Source: an uncultured Candidatus Sumerlaeota bacterium
GTDB taxonomy: Bacteria; CAYMEV01
DNA: 64,000 nucleotides
Direction: 5' to 3'
NCBI GenBank assembly: GCA_964389675.1
Contig: CAYMEV010000002.1
Location: forward strand, 124,001-188,000
Shown piece by piece: positions 18,900 to 28,404 of this stretch. The notes beneath the pieces are model-generated. The model saw only the letters and a list, made by a program, of their open reading frames with translations, was not told the origin of the DNA and did no database searches. The position numbers and the translations under genes are program-made. The stretch's first letter is position 1. Each line of letters begins with the position of its first letter.

Positions 18900-20189
18900 A
18901 TGGATATGATTAATAAGACTGAATACTTTAAAACCTCTGAAGAAAAATTCTCATTTATTTCTCTTTTTTATGATAAAATAGACGTTCATATGGAATTACT
19001 GGAGAAATATTCCAGAACAATAGACTGGCGTCATATGTTCGCAATAGGCATTAAAAACCATCTGTTCGGTTTTTACTACAGAGTTTTAAAGAATATCAAT
19101 ACCGGCTGTATTCCAAAGGATTTCTTCGAGGGGTGTAGAAACCATTTCTTCTTCAATGATGCAAAAATAAGAATATATTTCAGGGAAATACAGAAATTTA
19201 ATGAACTCATGGGCAATTGCAAAATAAATTATGTCATGACACGAGGTTATGTCTATTATTATCTTCTCTACAATAAGCTTCCTGTCAGGGAATTTAATGA
19301 TATTGACATATATGTGAGGAAGGAGGATGTCAGAGAAGTGATCAGATGCCTGGTCAGCGCAGGGTATATTAACCCTGGCGAAAAGAAAATAAGATACTTC
19401 CTTAAGCATCACATTCATATCCGGGTAGAAAATCCTGTAAACAAGATCGTATTTGAAGTACATTGGGCAGTAGACCATAATTATAATCTTATCGATATAC
19501 CGGTGGATGACCTGCTGAATTCTAAAGTAAAGGTAATTATTGAGGGTTCTGAGATTTCTGTCCCTTCATTAGAGAGGGATTTTCTAATAAGTGCTGTCCA
19601 TGCACTGAAGCATTCACCTCTATTAAAGTATTCACAATGCAAAAGCGATTTTTTTGAAATGCTCTTCAAGAACAGCTCTGCAGTGAAATACCTGGATCTG
19701 TATAGAATTATCAAGCTGCACGGTGATTCTATTGACTGGCAGCTCTTAATCAGAATTTCAAAGGACTGTTATTGCGACGATTACCTCCATGTAGTCCTGT
19801 CGCTCCTGAAATATGTTTTTGATGCTCCTGTAAAAGATGAAATTCTGGATAAGCTCTCTGGATATTCTCCTGGTTTTCTTGAGAAAACTACAGCTAAATA
19901 CCTTATTAGCCGGTCAGATACATTCAGCAGAAATAATGGATTTTTGAATAAAGCTGCTGCAAAGATTATTAACAGCTGTAAAAACAGCCTTATATTTAAT
20001 CCGGTCAGATTTATCGATCTTTTCAGGTATCTGATTCCGCCATCAAGATATATGGCTTACCTGAAAAAAAAGAATGTCAGTCTGCTTAAAAGAAACAGGA
20101 TATATCTCTTTTTAAGGGGAATTATGCACCTGTTCAGAAACCTGATTGATGCAATGATCGGCCATCAGGACTTATTATTCGATGATTGA
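18900..20189 (+). CDS. Nucleotidyltransferase family protein (NTP_transf_5-like)
   Basis: RG...LY....REFNDIDIYV, FEVHW, H(ALK)H and YLDL..I...IDW motifs. Confidence 0.82.
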   Translation: MDMINKTEYFKTSEEKFSFISLFYDKIDVHMELLEKYSRTIDWRHMFAIGIKNHLFGFYYRVLKNINTGCIPKDFFEGCRNHFFFNDAKIRIYFREIQKFNELMGNCKINYVMTRGYVYYYLLYNKLPVREFNDIDIYVRKEDVREVIRCLVSAGYINPGEKKIRYFLKHHIHIRVENPVNKIVFEVHWAVDHNYNLIDIPVDDLLNSKVKVIIEGSEISVPSLERDFLISAVHALKHSPLLKYSQCKSDFFEMLFKNSSAVKYLDLYRIIKLHGDSIDWQLLIRISKDCYCDDYLHVVLSLLKYVFDAPVKDEILDKLSGYSPGFLEKTTAKYLISRSDTFSRNNGFLNKAAAKIINSCKNSLIFNPVRFIDLFRYLIPPSRYMAYLKKKNVSLLKRNRIYLFLRGIMHLFRNLIDAMIGHQDLLFDD

Positions 20190-20353
20190 TTTTCCTTTTC
20201 ATCATCGTCGGTCTTTTTTCCTTTCAAAGCATCCTTAAAGTTCATTATTCCTCTTCCTAACCCCGCTCCGATCTGAGGGATCTTCTTAGGCCCAAAAATT
20301 AACAGAGCAATTATAAGAATGATAATAATCTCTGCAGCGCCAGGAGTCCACAT
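20165..20353 (-). CDS. tatA: Twin-arginine translocase subunit TatA
   Basis: EIIIILIIALLIFGPKKIPQIGAGLGRGIMNFK. Confidence 0.93.
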   Translation of the reverse strand: MWTPGAAEIIIILIIALLIFGPKKIPQIGAGLGRGIMNFKDALKGKKTDDDEKENQSSNNKS

Positions 20354-20420
20354 AGATATCTCCTTTTTTTCTTGAAAATAGGTACTGGATAAATAGTATA
20401 CCCTTGGGGGTTTAATATCA

Positions 20421-22778
20421 ATGTTTTTTTTTAAGAGTTATTTTAAATATCTGTTCCCATTAGTATTTGCAATCATTTTTATTCTTGCAATCCACACATT
20501 TTTTATTAATGAAGCTAAAGTAATAAGGTCATATTCAGAAGAAAACTATCAGGATGTGATTAATCTGCTTGAAAAGAAAGAAAATTCAGTTCTCAAGGAT
20601 AAAGACCTTAGCTATATGTATGTAAAATCTTTATTAAAATTGGGAAAAACCGATGAAGCCGTGCATTTCCTTAACAGATACAGGAAATCCGGGGATAATG
20701 ATGAGCAGATGGACTATTTATACAGGATAAGCAAGATACTTGATATCTGCAGTTACTACATTAAGCAGAAGGGTATACTGAAAACAATAAGGGCTTATCA
20801 GATAGAGCCTGTCATCAATGATAATTATAATGATATTCTTGAATTTTACAGGATATCCAGCATGGTTGAAAGCTCCAATCAGCTTTTTCTGCATAACAGG
20901 AACATAATAATATCTAATACAATCAGCATTTCCGAAAATAGAACGGAGCTTATGCTGGACCTGCTTTCACTGGATTATCCTGAGCTTCTTAATATTGTTC
21001 TTTCCAATATTAAGCATGATGAGATCGGCTTCTTTTCAGAGCAGATATCAGAGATCCATGACAGTGGAAGGGATGTGGACAAGACATTATTATTGGAGCT
21101 TATTAAGAATATAAAAGGGTACGATATACAGAAGCTTATTAAAAAGGCTGCTGATGAAAATGCAGAAGATCCTGAAATGCTTTCATCCCTGGCCAAAATA
21201 ATGGCAGGCCTTGACTATGGATTTGTCAAAAAGTATATAGACATCTTTATATCAAGTGTGGATATAAGGCTTAAGTCTGCAGGAATTATACTCCTGAGAC
21301 ATTATATTCCTGAGAATGGTGAGGCTTTTGATTTATTTGTAAAGCTTCTTTCAAATAGTGAATATGATCCTGTTTTATTCGGATTATACAGGACGATTCT
21401 GGTTAATCTGGAAGAAGAAGCAAGACTATTGATATTAAAAAAATGGGAAAGCCTTCATGAAGATATTAAAGAGGTCTTTGCCCTTCTTTCTGTTATCGGC
21501 AAAGACAGGTCCGCTACTGATTATATAAGGAGGGAAAAGGGACTAAAGTGGAGGCTTTGGGAACAATTGACAGGAAATAACGGGCTGGAATCCACTGAGG
21601 CAATATCTGGAGAGAATGAAGAAATCCAGGTTGTGTTCCTGATATCGATCGATACGCTCAGAAGGGACCATCTGGAGCTTTATGGTTATAAGAGGAATAC
21701 ATTTCCAAGAATAACGGAAATTGCAAAAAGACGGGGATTGGTATTTTCAAATTTTTATTCTAACAGCTCCTGGACTCTGCCCTCACATGTATCAATGCTT
21801 TCAGGACTATCGCCTGTAGATCATGGTATAAATGGTTTGAATGACATTATAGACGAAAATGAAAACTGCATTTCAGGCTTTTTAAAAGAGAGGGGATTTA
21901 TAACTCTTGCATTTGTGACACATTCATTTGTTTCGCAGAAACATAATTTTCATAAGGGGTTTGATTTTTTCTATTACAACCAGGAAGAGGATTCAGCTTT
22001 AATCATTCAGAAAGCAGAGTCTGTAATGGACTATATTATTAAAAATGGCTTATCCCGGAAGCTGTTTGTATTTATTCACATTTATGACTGTCACAGCCCC
22101 TATACGCCCGTAGATAAGTTCGATATATTTAAATCATTACCGCCACATTTTATTAAGGACAATGAATATATAAACGGTCAGCAGAACCTGTATGACGGTG
22201 AGATATTATATGTTGACAGCAATTTGTCCAGTTTAATGGCTAAAATGGATAATATTTCTGAAGCAGTATATTTCATCAGTTCTGATCATGGAGAGGAATT
22301 TCTTGAGCACAAGGGTGTGCTGCATGGGACCACGCTTTACCGGGAAGTCGTTGAAGTTCCTTTTATAGTTATTGGAAACACCGAATATACATCTGGCCTG
22401 GCGCAATACAAGGATATGTTCCTGGTGAACCAGGATACGCCATTCCTCATCTTAAAAGCACTTGATGTTGAGCAGGACACTTTCCTGCTTTCAGAAGATA
22501 CTGTAGAGATGTTGCTGTTTAACGGTAATATTGCTAAATACTCATATATTGAAGACTATAAAAAGCTGTATTATGATATTTCAAGGGATAAATTCTCTGT
22601 TTTTGATTTAAGGAAGGACATTATGGAACTAAAGCCGATAAATATTGAGAAATACCCTAAAATGAAAGAAAAGGCCGTGAACAGAATGGAAGCATATATA
22701 GAGACCGAACTTCCAGTACAGCTTGAAATGACTGAAGAACAGCTTGAAATGCTGAAAGCACTTGGATACATAAGCTAA
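20421..22778 (+). CDS. Membrane-anchored TPR/HEAT-like + sulfatase/alkaline-phosphatase superfamily protein
   Basis: N-terminal TM; helical repeats; ISIDTLRRDHL, WTLPSH, HSPY, YDGEI, SDHGEEF, HG, C-terminal LKALGY. Confidence 0.85.
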   Translation: MFFFKSYFKYLFPLVFAIIFILAIHTFFINEAKVIRSYSEENYQDVINLLEKKENSVLKDKDLSYMYVKSLLKLGKTDEAVHFLNRYRKSGDNDEQMDYLYRISKILDICSYYIKQKGILKTIRAYQIEPVINDNYNDILEFYRISSMVESSNQLFLHNRNIIISNTISISENRTELMLDLLSLDYPELLNIVLSNIKHDEIGFFSEQISEIHDSGRDVDKTLLLELIKNIKGYDIQKLIKKAADENAEDPEMLSSLAKIMAGLDYGFVKKYIDIFISSVDIRLKSAGIILLRHYIPENGEAFDLFVKLLSNSEYDPVLFGLYRTILVNLEEEARLLILKKWESLHEDIKEVFALLSVIGKDRSATDYIRREKGLKWRLWEQLTGNNGLESTEAISGENEEIQVVFLISIDTLRRDHLELYGYKRNTFPRITEIAKRRGLVFSNFYSNSSWTLPSHVSMLSGLSPVDHGINGLNDIIDENENCISGFLKERGFITLAFVTHSFVSQKHNFHKGFDFFYYNQEEDSALIIQKAESVMDYIIKNGLSRKLFVFIHIYDCHSPYTPVDKFDIFKSLPPHFIKDNEYINGQQNLYDGEILYVDSNLSSLMAKMDNISEAVYFISSDHGEEFLEHKGVLHGTTLYREVVEVPFIVIGNTEYTSGLAQYKDMFLVNQDTPFLILKALDVEQDTFLLSEDTVEMLLFNGNIAKYSYIEDYKKLYYDISRDKFSVFDLRKDIMELKPINIEKYPKMKEKAVNRMEAYIETELPVQLEMTEEQLEMLKALGYIS

Positions 22779-23464
22779 TTATGATTAAAATAACGAAGAA
22801 AGAACATTCTGAAATATGTTTTCAGGTATGATATAGCAAAAAGGAATAGCCTTGCCTTTGAGCTTCCTTTCTCGCGCGGCTGGTATTCAAAAGGTATTTC
22901 CATAATTTTAAGCCCCTTCGAGTACATTTTAATAGCAATTTCGATCAGTATATCAAAATTCCTGGAGCTGAGTTGAATACCTGATATGGACTTTCTCTCA
23001 TAAAGTCTGTACCCGCTGGAAATATCCTTCAATGGAAGCAGTAATGTACGGCAGAAAAAGACATTAAGCACCCTGCTTGCCATTTTCCTTATTATGGGCA
23101 TGTTTGCCTTTCCGCCATTAATATATCTTGAACAAACAAGAAGGTCCGAGCTTCCCCTTTCTTTCCAGATCTTTCTGATATAATTGGGAGGATGCGAAAG
23201 ATCGGCATCTATGGTGAGTATGTATCTTCCGCTGCATTCGCTGAACCCCAGCTTTAAGGCATTGCCGTAGCCTTTACCGTTCTCTGTTATATATTTAATT
23301 TTCCCCGTATTTTCGTTTGCAGGCGGTTTCTCATTATCCGGTATTACAATAACCGTTTCAAAATTGATCCCGTTTTCCTGCAGTATTGAATTTATAGAGG
23401 GAAGCAGGAGGCTGAGGTTATCAGCCTCGTTCTTCGCAAGTATCAGGATAGAAAGGTCTATCAC
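22775..23464 (-). CDS. GT2 glycosyltransferase (polyprenol-phosphate glycosyltransferase-like)
   Basis: GYGNA, DADLSHPP, SRY..GG, DISSGYR, R..GSSK. Confidence 0.88.
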   Translation of the reverse strand: MIDLSILILAKNEADNLSLLLPSINSILQENGINFETVIVIPDNEKPPANENTGKIKYITENGKGYGNALKLGFSECSGRYILTIDADLSHPPNYIRKIWKERGSSDLLVCSRYINGGKANMPIIRKMASRVLNVFFCRTLLLPLKDISSGYRLYERKSISGIQLSSRNFDILIEIAIKMYSKGLKIMEIPFEYQPREKGSSKARLFLFAISYLKTYFRMFFLRYFNHN

Positions 23465-23479
23465 TATTTCATTGATATG

Positions 23480-24664
23480 CTATTTCTTGGCTTCTTTGAG
23501 CTCTTCAATAAGAGCCTTGTATTTTTCAGGTTCATAAGGGGTCACTTCACCATCTACGATTACACCCAGCTTGGGAGATTTAATGCATTCACCTGTGCTG
23601 GGATTAAAGGATGTTTCACCGGATATTCCAGGGAAGTTCTGTATCCTCACAAGGTTATCCCTTAATTCCTTGCTGGAAATCCTGGTGGACCCAGCTCTCC
23701 TGAAAGCATAGGCAATAAGCATGAGGGAATCATATGAAGATGCGGCAAATATGTCAGGAACAGAATTAAATTTTTCACTGTACTTGTTCACAAATTCCAT
23801 AACATGCTGCTGTGTGCTTTTTGGATCATAATCCGGATAGGTAAACAGGATGCCGTCTCCAGTATCCCTGACAAGCTTGAAGAATTCAGAATTATAGAAG
23901 GAGCCGGGGCCGATAACAGGATAATATTTATCCAGTTCACTCAACTTAGCTACTATTTTTGAGCATGGTTCATAATAACCAGCCAGCAGTATCGCATCAG
24001 GGTCTGCATCCTGTGTTTCTTTCAGCAGCTCTTCAAAATCCTCATCTTCACTTGTGAAATGCTTCATAAGCCCCACATTACCCTTTTTTTCCAAAAACCT
24101 CTCTCTGAAAGCTGCTGCCCATTGTGTCGAATATTCAACATTCTGCCATAGTATCGCAATGTTGTCATAGCCCATGTCATTGCAGATCTCAACCATTCTT
24201 ACCGCTTCAATTATGTCTGAGGTGGTATTCCTCATAACATATTCGCCTCCCACTTTGGTGAGATTAGGCGTTGATGCGGTAGGTGTCAGCATGAGAGTCT
24301 GGGTTTTCTGGGCAAGGGGTGCAACTTCAAGTGCCTCGTCGCTGGAACCTGGACCTATGAGGATGGAAATTCCTTCCTTGTTAAGCTTTACAAATGCTGC
24401 ATATGCACCTTTCCTGTTGCCTTTGCTGTCAAAATAAACAAGCTCGATAGTCCTGCCACCAAGAAAATCCTTTACCATCTTAGGATCTGAATTAATCTCC
24501 TCTGCAGCGAGATCAAGACCTCTTTTCATTGATAATCCATATTCCTTGGTCGGGCCTGAGGAATCAATAATGACCCCGATTCTGATAATCTTAGGGCCTC
24601 CGCAGGAAAGAGCAAGGCATGCCATCAGTGCAAAGATCATTAAAAGAGTTATTTTGTATTTCAT
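23480..24664 (-). CDS. Lipoprotein, LivJ/LivK-type periplasmic binding protein
   Basis: Lipobox LALSC; IGVI..SG; LAAEEIN; GPGSS; YD; GISGETSF. Confidence 0.85.
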   Translation of the reverse strand: MKYKITLLMIFALMACLALSCGGPKIIRIGVIIDSSGPTKEYGLSMKRGLDLAAEEINSDPKMVKDFLGGRTIELVYFDSKGNRKGAYAAFVKLNKEGISILIGPGSSDEALEVAPLAQKTQTLMLTPTASTPNLTKVGGEYVMRNTTSDIIEAVRMVEICNDMGYDNIAILWQNVEYSTQWAAAFRERFLEKKGNVGLMKHFTSEDEDFEELLKETQDADPDAILLAGYYEPCSKIVAKLSELDKYYPVIGPGSFYNSEFFKLVRDTGDGILFTYPDYDPKSTQQHVMEFVNKYSEKFNSVPDIFAASSYDSLMLIAYAFRRAGSTRISSKELRDNLVRIQNFPGISGETSFNPSTGECIKSPKLGVIVDGEVTPYEPEKYKALIEELKEAKK

Positions 24665-24712
24665 AAGATTCTCCTTTCAAAATTATTACATAATAATTAT
24701 AATACAAGAATA

Positions 24713-25732
24713 TCAAGCAAGCAATGGCGAAATCGATAATCTATTGTTAATATTATAAATAATATTTGCAAATAAAGGTGCAATGCTTACTTCTTCATAC
24801 CACTCATTGTCCTTAATGAAATCAATGCCGTGAAAAACAGCATCGGTACCGATAAATTTTGTGAAGAGCCTGGCTTCAAAAGCTTCCTTGAATAACATGC
24901 ATGCATTCTGGTTCAAAAAGGGCATACTTGCAGAAATATAAATCTCATTAGCATTATGGCCTTTAAGCAGCTCAATTGCCTTAATAAATGTCCCTCCTGT
25001 TGCGACCATATCATCGATGAGAAGAACGTCTTTTCCCTTTACATCACCTATCAGCATTGTATCTGTAATTGTGCTTTTTTTTGAGTAATCCCTCTGCTTG
25101 TATATCATGGCAAGCTTTGAATTGAGCATATTTGCACAGGTTTTTGCCCTGTTTGTCCCGCCTATATCAGGGGATACAACTACAAGATTGTCTTTTTTAT
25201 AGATCTCTTTAATCCTGTTTACTATCAGTTTTTTTGCTTCAATGTTATCAAACTTTGTATTCTGGAAAAATCCGGCAATCGAAGGTGAGTGTATATCAAG
25301 CGTTATCACTCTGTTTGCACCGCTCAATTCTATAAAATCAACAACAAGCTTTGCTGTAATCGCTTCCCTGCAAAGCCTTTTCTCCTGTCTTGAATAAGCA
25401 AATTGCGGGATAACAGCTGTAACATGATCAGCATCTGATTGTTTTGCAGCATTTATGGCGGTGCAGAGAGACATGAGATTGTCATTTGGCGACCTGTCAG
25501 AAAGCGGGTCATCAAAAAGCTGTATTATATAAACATCACTGCCTCTTATGGGTTCATTTATTACTGTTTTTACTTCTTTATTTGCAAAAGTGACTTCCTG
25601 TGTATCTATGATATGAATTGCGGGGTGCTCTTTCTTTGCAAGTATATCATTTATGTTTTTAACAATCCTGTTGGCGAGCAACCGGCCAGACTCGCATGAA
25701 ATTATTACCAGCTCACCTCTGTCTCTTGGCAT
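24713..25732 (-). CDS. prs: Ribose-phosphate pyrophosphokinase
   Basis: FAYSRQEK, LDIHS, VSPDIGG, DDMVATGGT. Confidence 0.93.
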   Translation of the reverse strand: MPRDRGELVIISCESGRLLANRIVKNINDILAKKEHPAIHIIDTQEVTFANKEVKTVINEPIRGSDVYIIQLFDDPLSDRSPNDNLMSLCTAINAAKQSDADHVTAVIPQFAYSRQEKRLCREAITAKLVVDFIELSGANRVITLDIHSPSIAGFFQNTKFDNIEAKKLIVNRIKEIYKKDNLVVVSPDIGGTNRAKTCANMLNSKLAMIYKQRDYSKKSTITDTMLIGDVKGKDVLLIDDMVATGGTFIKAIELLKGHNANEIYISASMPFLNQNACMLFKEAFEARLFTKFIGTDAVFHGIDFIKDNEWYEEVSIAPLFANIIYNINNRLSISPLLA

Positions 25733-25820
25733 TAATCTCCCCTCCGCTTATATAAAATATTATTTGTTTCGCCAGCATTGTCAATGTTTTTATTCTTTCA
25801 CGACACGCTTCATTTATAGT

Positions 25821-27785
25821 CTATTTCAGGTATTTATCAAACCATCTGATAAAAAGCTTTAGTCTTTCAATCCTCCTTAACGGGTCGCCTCCCCTGTTTA
25901 AGCCATGTGATTCCTTAGGGAAAATTACCAGCTTAGCTTTTTTCCTGAGGATCTTCATTGCAGTATAGAGCCCTTCTGCCTGATTAAGAGGTGTTCTGTT
26001 GTCATTATCTGAATGCACTATTAAAAGGGGGGCTTTTATATTATCAACAAATCTTATAGGTGACATATCCCAGTATTTATCAAGATTTCGCCAGAAATAT
26101 CCCTTGAACTGCCTGGGAGTAAAATAAGAAAAATCTGAATTTTCAGCCATTCCAATAAGGCTTGAAACGCATCTTTCCGTTATTCCTGTTTTGAAATAAT
26201 CTGTTGTCCCCAGCAGCCAGTTTGTCATAAAACCGCCATAGCTGCCCCCTGTAACGCCTATCCTTTTATTATCTATAAAGTCCAGCTGTTTTACCCTTTC
26301 CATAATAATTGAAATATCTTCAGAATCAGGTCTTCCCCAGTTATTTTCCAGTTTTTTTGCGAAATCATAGCCTTTTCCCATTGAGCCTGTTGGATTGCTG
26401 TATAAAATCACATATCCTGCTGAAGCCATTACCTGCAGTTCGAAAAAAAAGGTATTTGCAAACTGCGCATGCGGGCCTCCGTGAATATTCAGGATGAGAG
26501 GGTATTTCTCATTTTTATTGAATTCTGGAGGCTTAATAAGCCAGTAATCAACATCAAATCCATCCTTATTCATAACAGAATACTGAGCTGGTTCAGAAAT
26601 GGATTTTTCATCAATAAAGGCCTGGTTAAAAGAAGTCAGCTTCTTCTTAGAATAATCTTTAAGGTCAATTCTGTATAATTCGGAAGGCTTTGACGGAAAA
26701 CTCAATACGGCATAAATAAATTCCCTTGAAATGTCATAGTCTATTACATTATATGATGTGTCGGTAATTGCCAATGATTCATTGTCTTTGAAAGAATACC
26801 TGTATATTCTGTTGCTTGCATTCTCGGATACATTAAAGAAAACACAGCTGCTGTCTTTAGAATATATGGGGTTTTTGAACCAGCCTGTCTGTTCCATGTC
26901 GGAAATAGTGTTTATCTGGGCTGAATTTATAATTTCCGAAGAAGCGTTAATATATTTTCCGTCTTTGATATTGTAAATAATGAGATCATACTTTCTGGCC
27001 CCGGAGAATTCATCAGGATAAAAGTGAGAGATAACCGCAAGAGTGTTTTTATCAGGAGAAATGTCAAAGGATGATTTCGGGCCTTTTTCAGTATCTGTTC
27101 TTATTATTTTTTTCTCATCAATATTAAAATATACTATGTCATTATAATGAGCCCTTGCATATATATCCCTCGAGAGATTTGTGATGAAATAGCAGTTGCC
27201 GGAATCTTTATCGATTATAAGGTTTGATTTAGGCCTGTTGCTGGTCTTAAGGATTTTGAGCTTTTTCTCTTCAATGTCCAGGATATAAAACTGGGGAAAA
27301 TCCTTTGGGTAATAGCCCTTTCCGTCCATCTTATAAACAGGTTTGTCAAACTCGTAATATACAATGTCCTTATTATGCCTGATGCCCTGAATTTCATCTT
27401 TCTGACAGATCAGTACAGCCTTTCTTTCATCCAGCCATTTAAATTCCAGTATACTTATATCATCAAGATCAATTATCTTGCCGGGTTCCCCGCCATTTAT
27501 CCTGATTGAATAAAGTGCACTCTTATCATCTTTTTCCCTGTTTGATGAGAAGAATATGCTTTCGGAGTCCGGACTCCAGCAAATGAACTTATCATTAGAA
27601 TCCTGACTGGTCAAGGCTATGGTTTTCCCCTCTCTGATATTGTGCAGATAGATATTTTCCTTGTATTTATATTTTTTTATCTCTTTTACTGAGATTATCA
27701 GGTATTTTTCATCCGGGGATACTGATATCTTTTCCAGAAACCTGAGTTTTTGTATATCTTCGGGTTTAACCTTTTCCTTTTTCAT
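25821..27785 (-). CDS. S9 family peptidase (beta-propeller + alpha/beta hydrolase)
   Basis: WSPD repeats, IHGGPH, GGSYGG nucleophile, D.R, ESHG. Confidence 0.93.
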   Translation of the reverse strand: MKKEKVKPEDIQKLRFLEKISVSPDEKYLIISVKEIKKYKYKENIYLHNIREGKTIALTSQDSNDKFICWSPDSESIFFSSNREKDDKSALYSIRINGGEPGKIIDLDDISILEFKWLDERKAVLICQKDEIQGIRHNKDIVYYEFDKPVYKMDGKGYYPKDFPQFYILDIEEKKLKILKTSNRPKSNLIIDKDSGNCYFITNLSRDIYARAHYNDIVYFNIDEKKIIRTDTEKGPKSSFDISPDKNTLAVISHFYPDEFSGARKYDLIIYNIKDGKYINASSEIINSAQINTISDMEQTGWFKNPIYSKDSSCVFFNVSENASNRIYRYSFKDNESLAITDTSYNVIDYDISREFIYAVLSFPSKPSELYRIDLKDYSKKKLTSFNQAFIDEKSISEPAQYSVMNKDGFDVDYWLIKPPEFNKNEKYPLILNIHGGPHAQFANTFFFELQVMASAGYVILYSNPTGSMGKGYDFAKKLENNWGRPDSEDISIIMERVKQLDFIDNKRIGVTGGSYGGFMTNWLLGTTDYFKTGITERCVSSLIGMAENSDFSYFTPRQFKGYFWRNLDKYWDMSPIRFVDNIKAPLLIVHSDNDNRTPLNQAEGLYTAMKILRKKAKLVIFPKESHGLNRGGDPLRRIERLKLFIRWFDKYLK

Positions 27786-27911
27786 AAAACTGCTCCTTTG
27801 AATAAGATATTTGCATTTTGATAAGAAATACTTTAATTTATTATTATAAATTAGTTTAATATATTAAATTGTAAATAAATTATTAAAATACTAATCTACC
27901 AGGAGGAACCA

Positions 27912-28400
27912 GTGTTTAATAATATCGAAATAGTAGATATTGAGAAGCCCCAGGACATAAATGTAATTATTGGATGTTCCCACTTTATTATGACAGTCGA
28001 AGATATTCATGAGATGATTGCAAGGACTAATCCAGCGATCAGGTTCGGTCTGGCATTTAATGAAGCATCAGGCCCGTGTTTAATAAGGAAAACAGGCAAT
28101 GATGACGGCCTTTTGGATCTTGCAGTAAAAAATGCATCTAAAATCGGTGCAGGACACAGTTTTATCCTCTTTATAGATAAAGGTTTTCCGATCAATATTC
28201 TGAACTCGCTTAAGATGGTACCTGAGGTATGCAGTATATTTTGTGCCACAGCCAACCCGGTCCAGGTTATCGTCTGCATGTCTCAGCAGGGCAGAGGCAT
28301 TATTGGCTGTATTGACGGTTACAGCCCTAAGGGCATTGAAAAAGAGGAAGATATCAAAGAGAGGAATTCATTGCTTAAGGCCATAGGGTATAAGCTTTGA
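27912..28400 (+). CDS. Adenosine-specific kinase family protein (DUF355)
   Basis: HFIMTVED, GLAFNEASG, GAGHSF, FPIN, CATANP; GTG start with AGGAGG RBS. Confidence 0.88.
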   Translation: MFNNIEIVDIEKPQDINVIIGCSHFIMTVEDIHEMIARTNPAIRFGLAFNEASGPCLIRKTGNDDGLLDLAVKNASKIGAGHSFILFIDKGFPINILNSLKMVPEVCSIFCATANPVQVIVCMSQQGRGIIGCIDGYSPKGIEKEEDIKERNSLLKAIGYKL

Positions 28401-28404
28401 GTTT

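Noticed and set aside
17686-20189. Classical lasso peptide gene cluster
   Set aside because: No cyclase, B1 or B2 gene in the window; the core is ~50 aa with no suitably placed Asp/Glu. Genes elsewhere in the genome cannot be excluded.
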